A stretch of 32,000 bases of DNA, taken from Candidatus Saccharimonadota bacterium. Lineage in GTDB: Bacteria > Pseudomonadota > Gammaproteobacteria > Enterobacterales > Enterobacteriaceae. Shown in pieces: positions 8,549 to 19,629 of this stretch. A model generated the notes under the pieces. It was not told the DNA's origin. It saw only the letters and a list, made by a program, of their open reading frames with translations, and did not search any database. The stretch lies in assembly GCF_014857065.1 (NCBI RefSeq), contig NZ_CP046533.1, forward strand, positions 450,001 to 482,000. The letters run 5' to 3'. The position numbers and the translations under genes are program-made. How positions within the stretch are numbered: the stretch's first letter is position 1; every line of letters starts with the position of its first letter.

Positions 8549-10600
8549 CTAATTGCTAGATGTTAAAATACCATTGTATTTTAACATAATATTAATATTT
8601 GGTTTACATCCATATACACGAATAAACATATCCATTGGATCTTCACTTCCACCGGTTGCAAGGATATTATCCAAAAAAGATTTTCCTGTCATATAATCAA
8701 AGACTCCTCTCGCTTCAAAAAGAGACCAAACATTTGCTGCTAATACATTACTCCATAAATACCCATAATACCCACCCCCATAATTGTTAGTAAAAATATG
8801 ATTAAATGTATGGGGAAAATAATCATCATTAATTGATGGCAACAATGATATTTGATTTTTGATATTTACAAGAATAGACATAAATTGTGATATTGTTTTA
8901 GGCAAAAATTTATAATGAATATGAAAATCAAATAAACTATAAATTATTTGATTTAACATATAAGAAGCTGACTGATAATTTCTAGAAGCAATTAAATTCT
9001 TGCATAACTCCTTTGATAATGATTCACCTGTTTTATAATGACTAGAAATTAATTCTAATACATCAACATCCCAACAAAAAAATTCCATTAATTGACTTGG
9101 TAATTCAATAACATCATGAGGTACGCCATTAATACCAGATATTTCTGGTATATTTATACGAGTCATTATATGATGTAAAACATGACCAAATTCATGAAAT
9201 AAAGTAAGAACTTCACTATGAGTTAATAGCGTTTCTTGATTATCAATAGAGCGATGAAAATTACAAACTAAATAAGCTACAGGATCTTGACGTATATTAT
9301 CTGTATGGAAGGCACTTGTACATTCATCCATCCACGCTCCATCACATTTGTTACTACGAACATGTAAATCTAAATAAAATCCACCTTCATATTGATTATC
9401 GTGTTCAGTAAATACATCAAAAAATTGTACGTCAGGATACCATACATCTACATCATTACGTTTTTTAATTTTAATACCATAAACACGACGTACAACTTCA
9501 AACATACCATTAATAACTTTACTTTCAGGAAAATAATTGCTCAATTGTTCATCATTAAAGCAAAATAAAAATTGCTTTTCTTTTTCTTTATAAAACGCTA
9601 TATCCCATGGATATAGCGTTTTATAACCAAAAAACTTTTTAACAAAAGATTTTAATTGATGCCATTCTTTTTCTCCCTGTGCCTTTATAGATGGAATTAA
9701 CTTATTTAAAAAACATAAAACCTGATTAGGATTATTTATCATCTTCGTAAATAAAACTTTATCAATATAACTATCAAATCCAAGTAATAAAGATAATTCA
9801 TGTCTTAAGATAAGAATTTCATTTATTATAGGACCATTATCCCATTTACCTGCATTAGGACCCTTGTGCGATGCACGAGTATGATAAGCTAAATAACACT
9901 CTTCACGTAAAAACTTATTCTCACAATAAGTCATCAAGGAACTATAAAACGGATTTTGCAATGTTAATAACCAACCATTTAACCCACAAACATGAGCCCT
10001 AAAACGAGCTTCATCTATATCACGCTGAGGCATACCTAATAATAAATCCTTATCAAAAACCAATTTTTTCCAGTTAATAGTAGCATCAATAACATTATTA
10101 TTATAAACCACACTTAATTCCGATAATCTAAATACTATCTCTCTGTAGCGCTTTTGCTTGTTTGCCGATAAAGTCATTCCTGATAATTTAAAATCACGCA
10201 AAATATTATTTATTACTTTTCTTTGAAAAGAATTCAATTGCGAATAAAAACTTCCATTTCGTAGATTATAATAAGCACTATATAATCCAGAATGTTGACT
10301 AAACCAATTTTTGTACTCTACTAATAAAAGCAAACATTCTTCATAAACTTTACGAGTAATTTCACTATTTTGAACAGAATTCAAATGCACTATGGGAGAC
10401 CAAACACATTTTAATTTATTTTCTGCAATGGCTAATGGTTGATGTAAAGTTTCCCACTTGAATGATGAGCTCTTTGTTAATACTTGCTCTACATTATTAT
10501 AACAATAATTTAACACGTTCCTCATTGCAGAAACACCATCTTTTATACGAATAGAAGAAAACGGAGGCAATTTATAAGAAAGCAATAACGAATTAATCAT
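8549..10600 (-). CDS. prlC: Oligopeptidase A (M3 family zinc metallopeptidase)
   Basis: 683-aa ORF with the zinc motif LFHEFGHVLHH. It has M3-family length and architecture, and neighbours pitA as in E. coli. Confidence 0.95.
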   Translation of the reverse strand: MINSLLLSYKLPPFSSIRIKDGVSAMRNVLNYCYNNVEQVLTKSSSFKWETLHQPLAIAENKLKCVWSPIVHLNSVQNSEITRKVYEECLLLLVEYKNWFSQHSGLYSAYYNLRNGSFYSQLNSFQRKVINNILRDFKLSGMTLSANKQKRYREIVFRLSELSVVYNNNVIDATINWKKLVFDKDLLLGMPQRDIDEARFRAHVCGLNGWLLTLQNPFYSSLMTYCENKFLREECYLAYHTRASHKGPNAGKWDNGPIINEILILRHELSLLLGFDSYIDKVLFTKMINNPNQVLCFLNKLIPSIKAQGEKEWHQLKSFVKKFFGYKTLYPWDIAFYKEKEKQFLFCFNDEQLSNYFPESKVINGMFEVVRRVYGIKIKKRNDVDVWYPDVQFFDVFTEHDNQYEGGFYLDLHVRSNKCDGAWMDECTSAFHTDNIRQDPVAYLVCNFHRSIDNQETLLTHSEVLTLFHEFGHVLHHIMTRINIPEISGINGVPHDVIELPSQLMEFFCWDVDVLELISSHYKTGESLSKELCKNLIASRNYQSASYMLNQIIYSLFDFHIHYKFLPKTISQFMSILVNIKNQISLLPSINDDYFPHTFNHIFTNNYGGGYYGYLWSNVLAANVWSLFEARGVFDYMTGKSFLDNILATGGSEDPMDMFIRVYGCKPNINIMLKYNGILTSSN
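8560..8587. terminator. 12-bp perfect hairpin (ATGTTAAAATAC catt GTATTTTAACAT) inside the prlC 3' end; candidate shared terminator for convergent pitA and prlC
   Basis: Pairs 8560-8571 against 8587-8576 verified, with a 4-nt loop. It starts 19 nt after the pitA stop. On the minus strand it ends 8 nt before the prlC TAG stop, which is followed by TTTGTTATT. The two stop codons are only 7 bp apart, so no intergenic terminator can exist. Confidence 0.4.
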
Positions 10601-10879
10601 AATTAATTATAAACAATTTAATTATTACAAAGTAACAAAAAATACATTTCCCAACCAGTGCAAAATTACAAAAATAATATAAAATATAAATTAACAAATT
10701 ATCAACACTTCTAATTTATAAAATATAAATAAACATCAGAAACAACCCTGTATGATAAAATACCTTTTAAAACACTTACATTCGATAAATATACTATATC
10801 GTAAAATGATAAACAATATAACCCCTATATTCAATATACTTTAAATATAACAAGATTAATATAAAGATAAAAGAATAAT

Positions 10880-10912
10880 ATTATGATACAATGCGTTAAA
10901 TTGTATCATAAT
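10880..10912. repeat. Perfect 13-bp inverted repeat (ATTATGATACAAT / ATTGTATCATAAT) with a 7-nt loop, upstream of sodA
   Basis: Pairs 10880-10892 against 10912-10900 verified. Lies about 90 bp upstream of the sodA ATG in the divergent prlC/sodA spacer. A second 9-bp inverted repeat (TCTATTTAT tttag ATAAATAGA) lies at 10938-10960. Confidence 0.85.
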
Positions 10913-10999
10913 GAAATATGTTGTTTTAAACAGTGTTTCTATTTATTTTAGATAAATAGATGAAAAACGAAATTTTTACTAAATAGAGGAGATATAACA

Positions 11000-11620
11000 A
11001 TGAGTTTTGAATTACCATCATTAAAATACAATTATAATGCTATGGAGCCATTTTTTGACAGTAAAACAATGGAAATACATCATACAAAACATCATCAAGC
11101 ATACATTGATAAAGCAAATGATGCACTTATTGATATGCCTGAACTTACTATTTTACATATTGAAGAGTTAATAAAAAAAATAAATATATTACCTGAAAAT
11201 AAAAAAACTATATTGAGAAATAATGCAGGAGGACATTTTAATCATAAACTTTTCTGGACATTTTTAAAACCAGGAACGATTTTACACGGAAACTTAAAGA
11301 AGGCTATAGAAAAAAAATTTGGAAATTTAGAGAAATTTAAAACAATGTTTGAAGAAAATGCCATGAATAGGTTTGGTTCAGGATGGACATGGCTAATAAA
11401 AAAGAATAATGAGTTAGAAATAGTTACTACTGCTAACCAAGATAATCCTCTTATGGGAACAATTTCTGGGACGGAAGGTTATCCAATTATAGGATTAGAC
11501 ATCTGGGAACATGCATATTACCTAAAATATCAAAACCGTCGTTTAGATTATATAAAAGCGTTCTGGTACATAATAAATTGGGAAGAAGCTGAGTTACGTT
11601 TTAACCAAAAAAATTATTGA
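11000..11620 (+). CDS. sodA: Superoxide dismutase [Mn]
   Basis: [47 protein letters not shown] and [21 protein letters not shown] are near-identical to E. coli SodA. AGAGGAG lies 8 nt upstream of the ATG. Confidence 0.97.
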   Translation: MSFELPSLKYNYNAMEPFFDSKTMEIHHTKHHQAYIDKANDALIDMPELTILHIEELIKKINILPENKKTILRNNAGGHFNHKLFWTFLKPGTILHGNLKKAIEKKFGNLEKFKTMFEENAMNRFGSGWTWLIKKNNELEIVTTANQDNPLMGTISGTEGYPIIGLDIWEHAYYLKYQNRRLDYIKAFWYIINWEEAELRFNQKNY

Positions 11621-11628
11621 TTATTTTA

Positions 11629-11681
11629 CTCAAGCTATATAAGCTCGGGATGAATTATATCCCGAGCTTATATAGCTTGAG
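11629..11681. terminator. Long hairpin: 22 contiguous verified pairs, extendable to 23 bp, with a 7-nt loop, between convergent sodA and glyS
   Basis: CTCAAGCTATATAAGCTCGGGAT gaattat ATCCCGAGCTTATATAGCTTGAG, pairs 11629-11651 against 11681-11659 verified. It starts 9 nt after the sodA stop and ends 31 nt before the glyS stop. Unusually GC-rich for this genome. The U-tract is imperfect (ACCTTTAAAAC on the + strand). Confidence 0.65.
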
Positions 11682-11711
11682 ACCTTTAAAACATTTAGAA
11701 AACAAAAAATA

Positions 11712-13787
11712 CTACTCTAACAACGAAAGATCAGCCACCATCGTTAATAATTTATATGCCTTATGTAGCAAAGACAACCTATTAATACAAACTTCCTTAT
11801 TATCTACCATAACTAGCACATGGTCAAAAAAAGCATCAATAAATTTACTTAATTTAGATAAATAATATAATACTTCAAGATAACGACCTTCTCTAACCAT
11901 ATCATCCAATGCAACATTAAAGCTCAATAATTGATTAAACAACTCAATTTCATCTGATTTTTCTAAAAGAGATTTCTGCGGTTCTTGATGAAATACCATA
12001 TTAGACTTTGAAAGAATAATAGATATTCTTTTAATAACCTTTTTAAGAACTATTGACTCTTCAGTTTTACTAAAATCAAACACTGATCGTACACGTTCAT
12101 TAAAATTTGAAAGATTAACTAAATTATACATTAATGTTGCTTTTATAATATCAATCTCAAATCCTTGACCCTTATAAAAAACCAACAATCGCTTGATAAA
12201 AAAATCAATGATCTTATCCACTACATCTTTAATAACCACGTGAGCATTATAAAGAGATACAGATTCCCTAATTAAAAGTGGCAAATTTACAGACATTTTT
12301 CTCTCTATAATTATACGTAATACAGCAATAGCTGCTCTGCGTAACGCAAATGGATCTCTATTACCTTTAGGATAATCTTGAATAACAAAAATACCCGATA
12401 TGGTATCAATTCTATCAACTATAGCCAAAATACAAGAAGTCTGTAATACAGGCAAATTATCCGTAGAAAATCTTGGTTGATAATACTCCTTTTGCGCTAA
12501 AGCAACCAATTCTGATTCACCATCTCGACGGGCATAATACATCCCTATTATCCCTTGAACTTCAGGAAACCCATTAACTACATCACTTAACAAATCACAT
12601 TTAGACAATCGAGCTGCTCTAACAATTTCTATAACATCACCACCAATTAATGTAACTAACCAAGATGACAAATATTCAATACGCTTTGTTTTATCTAATA
12701 AAGTCCCAAGCTTTTTATGAAATAAGACATTATTTAAACGAGGTAAATAATCCTCTAAACGTAAAATACAATCATTATTAAAAAAATAAAGAGCATCTAT
12801 TAACTTAGAATAAATCAATTGTTCATTGTCAAAAATAATTTTTCTTGTATCAGTAGATTTAATATTTACAACAAATATAAAATATGGAAGCAATTTTTCA
12901 TTTAAATCATTCACCGGAAAAAATTTATAAACACATTTCATAATATGAATCAACAATTCAGCAGGCAATTGTAAAAATACACTATCAAAACTACCTGTAA
13001 GAACAACAGGCCATTCAACTAACGAAGTGACCTCTTCTAATAATTGCTCATGAAGTACAACAAAGCCACCAATTTTTTTGGCTGATTTTTCAATGTCTGT
13101 CCGTATAATTTGTTTGCGTAATTCATAATCAACAATAACACAACCTTGTTCCATCAAAACTTGTGAATAATCATTGGCATGACCCAAAAAGATTTTCTCT
13201 TTTCCCATAAACCGATGACCATATATAATTCTACCAAAATTAATACCAAAAATATTTCCTAAAATTACTTGATCATTTAGTAAAACTGTTAAAGTATGTA
13301 TCGGTCGAATAAATCTAAAATCATTTGCTCCCCATCGCATCATTTGAGTAGCAGATATTTTTTTTAATGCATGATATATTATTTCACGTAATAAATCGCT
13401 AACAGAATTAATATCTTCTGAAATTTCTCTATAAATTAACCATTTACCTTCAAAAAAAGATACATGTTTATTGTTATATTTAATCTCTATTCCATAATCA
13501 CTTGACCAATCTTCGATCACTTCTGATAAGGACAAACCATTACTATCAAAAACTTGCAAAATCCCAGAACCAACATTACAAAGATGTTTGTACACAGATA
13601 AATTTATTAACATGATAACCTGTGCTGCTAAACGGCGAGGTGAAGCAAACCAATTCACTTCTTCATGTAAAATCCCAGCCTTAATAAATTCACAATGAAT
13701 ATTATTGGCAAAAACCTCAGCAAATTTTCGTAAATTTCTAGGAGGTAATTCTTCTGTACCAATTTCTACAAGAAAAGTATGCTTCAT
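11712..13787 (-). CDS. glyS: Glycine--tRNA ligase beta subunit
   Basis: 691-aa ORF starting MKHTFLVEIGTEELPP, the typical GlyS N-terminus. It lies immediately downstream of glyQ (17-bp gap) as in the enterobacterial glyQS operon. Confidence 0.96.
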   Translation of the reverse strand: MKHTFLVEIGTEELPPRNLRKFAEVFANNIHCEFIKAGILHEEVNWFASPRRLAAQVIMLINLSVYKHLCNVGSGILQVFDSNGLSLSEVIEDWSSDYGIEIKYNNKHVSFFEGKWLIYREISEDINSVSDLLREIIYHALKKISATQMMRWGANDFRFIRPIHTLTVLLNDQVILGNIFGINFGRIIYGHRFMGKEKIFLGHANDYSQVLMEQGCVIVDYELRKQIIRTDIEKSAKKIGGFVVLHEQLLEEVTSLVEWPVVLTGSFDSVFLQLPAELLIHIMKCVYKFFPVNDLNEKLLPYFIFVVNIKSTDTRKIIFDNEQLIYSKLIDALYFFNNDCILRLEDYLPRLNNVLFHKKLGTLLDKTKRIEYLSSWLVTLIGGDVIEIVRAARLSKCDLLSDVVNGFPEVQGIIGMYYARRDGESELVALAQKEYYQPRFSTDNLPVLQTSCILAIVDRIDTISGIFVIQDYPKGNRDPFALRRAAIAVLRIIIERKMSVNLPLLIRESVSLYNAHVVIKDVVDKIIDFFIKRLLVFYKGQGFEIDIIKATLMYNLVNLSNFNERVRSVFDFSKTEESIVLKKVIKRISIILSKSNMVFHQEPQKSLLEKSDEIELFNQLLSFNVALDDMVREGRYLEVLYYLSKLSKFIDAFFDHVLVMVDNKEVCINRLSLLHKAYKLLTMVADLSLLE

Positions 13788-13804
13788 AAAATAAAATCAA
13801 TCCG

Positions 13805-14731
13805 TTATTTAACATCATTATTACACATTGGAAAATCTAAAGATTTACGATGAAAATAATAAGCTGTTGCTATTTTTTTTATAATGTCATAAATGCGTAA
13901 AATATAATTTTGTCTTTCTATACTAGAAATCACCTTACGAGAATCTAGTAAATTAAAAATATGTATACCTTTTAAAATACATTCATAAGCAGGAATAAAC
14001 AAAGATACATTCAATGACATCAATCTCTCTGCTTCTCTCTCGTATTCTTCAAAAATTTTAAATAAAAACTCAACATTACTATATTCAAAATTATAAATAG
14101 AATTTTCTATTTCATTTTGATAAAATAAATCACCGTAAGTCACCGGCCCAAATTTACTATCACCCCAGACTATATCATAGACCTTATCTACTGCTTGCAG
14201 TATCATAGATAATCTTTCAATACCATAAGTAATCTCACCTGTTACTGGCTTACATTCTAATCCACCCATCTGTTGAAAATAAGTTAACTGAGTTATTTCC
14301 ATGCCATTCCACCAAACCTCCCAGCCTAACCCCCAAGCACCAAGAGTAGGATTCTGCCAATCATCTTCTACAAAACGAATATCATTATTTAATAAATCTA
14401 ATCCAATTTCCTTTAAAGAATTTAAATACAACATCTGTATATCTTTAGGGGACGGTTTAATAACAACTTGAAATTGATAAAATTGTTGTAATCTATTTAA
14501 ATTATTTCCAAATCTTCCATCACTAGGTCTACGTGACAACTGAACATACGCTGTTGCAAATGGCTCAGGACCAATTGCTTTAAAAAAAGTCATAGGATGA
14601 GAAGTACCAGCTCCAACCTCCAAATCTAATGGCTGTACAATAACACAACCATTATTTATCCAATACTTTTGTAAAACTAAGATTAATCCATATAAAGTCT
14701 GTCTATTGCCTTTTTGCATTTCAATAATCAT
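13805..14731 (-). CDS. glyQ: Glycine--tRNA ligase alpha subunit
   Basis: [68 protein letters not shown] and [16 protein letters not shown] are near-identical to E. coli GlyQ. An alternative ATG at 14719 (MQKGN...) fits the E. coli N-terminus better, so the start is uncertain by 4 codons. Confidence 0.96.
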   Translation of the reverse strand: MIIEMQKGNRQTLYGLILVLQKYWINNGCVIVQPLDLEVGAGTSHPMTFFKAIGPEPFATAYVQLSRRPSDGRFGNNLNRLQQFYQFQVVIKPSPKDIQMLYLNSLKEIGLDLLNNDIRFVEDDWQNPTLGAWGLGWEVWWNGMEITQLTYFQQMGGLECKPVTGEITYGIERLSMILQAVDKVYDIVWGDSKFGPVTYGDLFYQNEIENSIYNFEYSNVEFLFKIFEEYEREAERLMSLNVSLFIPAYECILKGIHIFNLLDSRKVISSIERQNYILRIYDIIKKIATAYYFHRKSLDFPMCNNDVK

Positions 14732-14999
14732 GCTACATGGTAAAATAAAATAAATTTAAATAAATACTACTTTAAATTTCACATCACAATAAATATAAAT
14801 ATTATTATAAATAAAACTCATAACTATACCTCATATTTTATATTACAAATTAACATTAATTTTACAATATAATAGTACAATGCTAACTAAATTATTATTT
14901 TGTATATGTTAAAACTTAATAAATAATACTTCATTTTTCTGTTAATAAATAACAATTAAATATAAGATAAGTAAAACTTAAAATATACAAATAAATGAA

Positions 15000-16001
15000 A
15001 TGACTACTAAAAAAATATGCCTAAAAAGCATTTCGTATTTATTAATGTTTTTATGTATCATTATGATAATACCATTGCATCTGTTACCCTGTTTCATATC
15101 TGGATTTTTAGTATATGAAATAATTATATCACTAACGCCATGGTTTGAACAATTCGTAGATAATAACAGTGCAAGATGGATAGTAGTTACTTTAATAACT
15201 ACAACGATAGTAATAACCGTAACTTTAGTAATAATTAATTTAATTCGTTTTATAACGGAAGATCTTCAAACAGGAATTAATATCATATCTAAAATTGATC
15301 AAATTTTTTTAAATGTAAAAAAGCATATACCTAATATATTTCTTTATTTTCTACCAGACGATATTCAAGATTTAAAAGAACAAATATTTACTTTAATTGA
15401 ATCTAATTTAACAATAATACGAAATATGGGACATTCTTTTCTACATGGAATAATTACATCATTTATTGGCTTTATAATTGGAGCTATCATCTCGCTAAGC
15501 AGACCATTAACAAATGCAACATATTTTACTAAACAATTATTAGAACGTATTTATCATCTTTCACAAGCATTTAGAAATATTGTTTTTGCACAAATTAAAA
15601 TATCTATAATGAATACACTACTTACAGCTATCACAATCATAATAATTTTCCCATTATTTGGTAAACATTTCCCTTTAGAAAAAACACTAGTTATTATCAC
15701 TTTCGTCTTAGGATTACTACCAATCGTTGGCAATTTAATATCTAACATTATAATAATTTTCTCTGCTCTTTCAATTTCATTGACTATCGGGGGGATTATG
15801 TTTATATATCTAGTCCTCATACATAAACTAGAATACTTACTTAACGCAGAAATAATCGGAAATCGCATTAAAGCTCAGCCTTGGGAATTAATGCTAGCTA
15901 TGTTAATGCTCGAAGCTACCTTTGGTATAGAAGGACTAATAGCTGCTCCTATTTATTATGCATATCTGAAAAATGAACTACGAGCACAAAAACTAATCTA
16001 A
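15000..16001 (+). CDS. AI-2E family (UPF0118, PerM/YhhT-like) inner-membrane transporter
   Basis: 333-aa polytopic membrane ORF. Its C-terminal half (LGLLPIVGNLISNIIII ... YLVLIHKLEYLLNAEIIGNRIKAQPWELMLAMLMLEATFGIEGLIAAPIYYAYLK) follows the conserved pattern of E. coli PerM-type proteins. The exact ortholog is not assignable by eye. Confidence 0.75.
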   Translation: MTTKKICLKSISYLLMFLCIIMIIPLHLLPCFISGFLVYEIIISLTPWFEQFVDNNSARWIVVTLITTTIVITVTLVIINLIRFITEDLQTGINIISKIDQIFLNVKKHIPNIFLYFLPDDIQDLKEQIFTLIESNLTIIRNMGHSFLHGIITSFIGFIIGAIISLSRPLTNATYFTKQLLERIYHLSQAFRNIVFAQIKISIMNTLLTAITIIIIFPLFGKHFPLEKTLVIITFVLGLLPIVGNLISNIIIIFSALSISLTIGGIMFIYLVLIHKLEYLLNAEIIGNRIKAQPWELMLAMLMLEATFGIEGLIAAPIYYAYLKNELRAQKLI

Positions 16002-16016
16002 AATATAAAAATTTAA

Positions 16017-16208
16017 AAACAAACTCTCAAAATTGAAATGTGACTTCGATATCATAATGTAAATAAACACCTACCCTAGCATATAACTCTGTCCAAACAA
16101 ACATACGCCTCAAAATCACATTTCTTTATAACTTATCTACTCCAAAAATCCACAACAAACAATATAACTTATCACTTATACCTTCCCTTATTTTCCACAA
16201 ATTCTCAT
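16017..16208 (-). pseudogene. Possible eroded relic of a second small heat-shock gene (ibpB-like)
   Basis: One nt after the ibpA TAG stop the minus strand reads ATGAGAA, the same first 7 nt as ibpA. In that frame, broken by 6 stops, residues IV..GF, G, Y, NFE and F fall collinearly at a constant offset of 33 codons from I49 V50 G53 F54 G72 Y83 N92 F93 E94 F97 of the adjacent IbpA. Identity is low (about 10 of 49) and the sequence is low-complexity, so this is tentative. Confidence 0.35.
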
Positions 16209-16209
16209 T

Positions 16210-16617
16210 CTATTTTATCTCAATACGACGAGCCTTTAAAGTTTCTGGTACAACATGCTGTAAATGTATGTACAAAACACCATTTTCCAAATTTGCTCCC
16301 GTTATCTGAATATGTTCAGCCAATTGAAACTTACATTCAAAATTATGATCGGTAATACCCTGATACAAATAATTTTTTTCATTTTGATGATGTCTATGAT
16401 CACCCTTAACAGTCAAGATATTGTCATTTGCGGTAATCTCTAATTCGCTATCCGTAAAACCAGCGACTACAATGGAAATACAGTACTTATGTTCACTAAC
16501 TAATTCAACATTGTACGGAGGATAACCACCATTACCCTGACCAGCTTCAAGTAAATGTACTAACCTATCAAATCCAATGACAGAACGATACAATGGAGAA
16601 AAATCAAAATTTCTCAT
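16210..16617 (-). CDS. ibpA: Small heat shock protein IbpA (alpha-crystallin family)
   Basis: [19 protein letters not shown]...[11 protein letters not shown]...VAGF..SELEIT...YLYQGI..NFE.KFQLAE...ENGVLYIHL...RRIEI closely matches E. coli IbpA. AGGAGG lies 9 nt upstream of the ATG. Confidence 0.96.
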   Translation of the reverse strand: MRNFDFSPLYRSVIGFDRLVHLLEAGQGNGGYPPYNVELVSEHKYCISIVVAGFTDSELEITANDNILTVKGDHRHHQNEKNYLYQGITDHNFECKFQLAEHIQITGANLENGVLYIHLQHVVPETLKARRIEIK

Positions 16618-16891
16618 AATTTTAAACCTCCTATAACTAACTTCAACAGTTGAGTTATATCATTTTAATAATACAAAATCAAGTATATTACTTTAAATTT
16701 TTACCCACTTAAAATATTCAAAACTGCAATTACTATTCAATTAATTGAAGGATCAAAATCCAAAAATTCAAAAAAATAAATAAAATACTAAACAACAATA
16801 ACCTTCATATATAAATGTTTTACATAAATACAATCTCAAAATAGTAATTTAATTATATCGATTTACAAATAACATACTATAAATAGAATAA

Positions 16892-19333
<2,442 letters not shown>

Positions 19334-19629
19334 TTATCTAAATAGAACCATTATGCATTACTATTAATCACATAACAAATTATTTGAATAAAGAAACTAT
19401 ATATGTAAATAACTAAATTATTATGTTTATGCAAATTAAACACGCCACATCAATGAAATTAAAAAATAAAGCACATGTAATATCAAAACATTTTAAGAAA
19501 ATATGATTATTAAATCTCAAAATAGTATGCTAAACATTTAACAAAACAATTTTATATACAAATATCCTTGTTAGTTAATACACCTGATAAACCAAATAAC
19601 CAATATCTAAAATAGAAAATATTCTATTA

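Noticed and set aside
11617-11865. 82-aa ORF overlapping the sodA-glyS spacer and the glyS 3' end
   Set aside because: It begins within the last 4 nt of sodA, runs through the terminator hairpin and continues antisense to glyS in the permissive frame. There is no SD and no homology signal.
15554-15868. 104-aa antisense ORF inside the AI-2E permease gene
   Set aside because: Same permissive antisense frame opposite a hydrophobic protein. The translation is low-complexity.
16618-16760. Sigma-32 promoter or ROSE/fourU-type RNA thermometer in the ibpA leader, and the 14-bp palindrome TTCAATTAATTGAA (16736-16749)
   Set aside because: TTGAA-like -35 elements are present but no CCCCAT-like -10 at the proper spacing. 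The only leader stem I can draw (TATAACT/AGTTATA, 16632-16659) ends next to the AGGAGG but does not sequester it. A 7+7 A/T palindrome is expected by chance in a 274-bp spacer of this composition.
19611-19628. Small hairpin (AATAGAA aata TTCTATT) right after the dnaN stop as a terminator
   Set aside because: It is only a 7-bp, almost pure A/T stem, comparable to chance expectation in this composition. dnaN and gyrB may well be co-transcribed.
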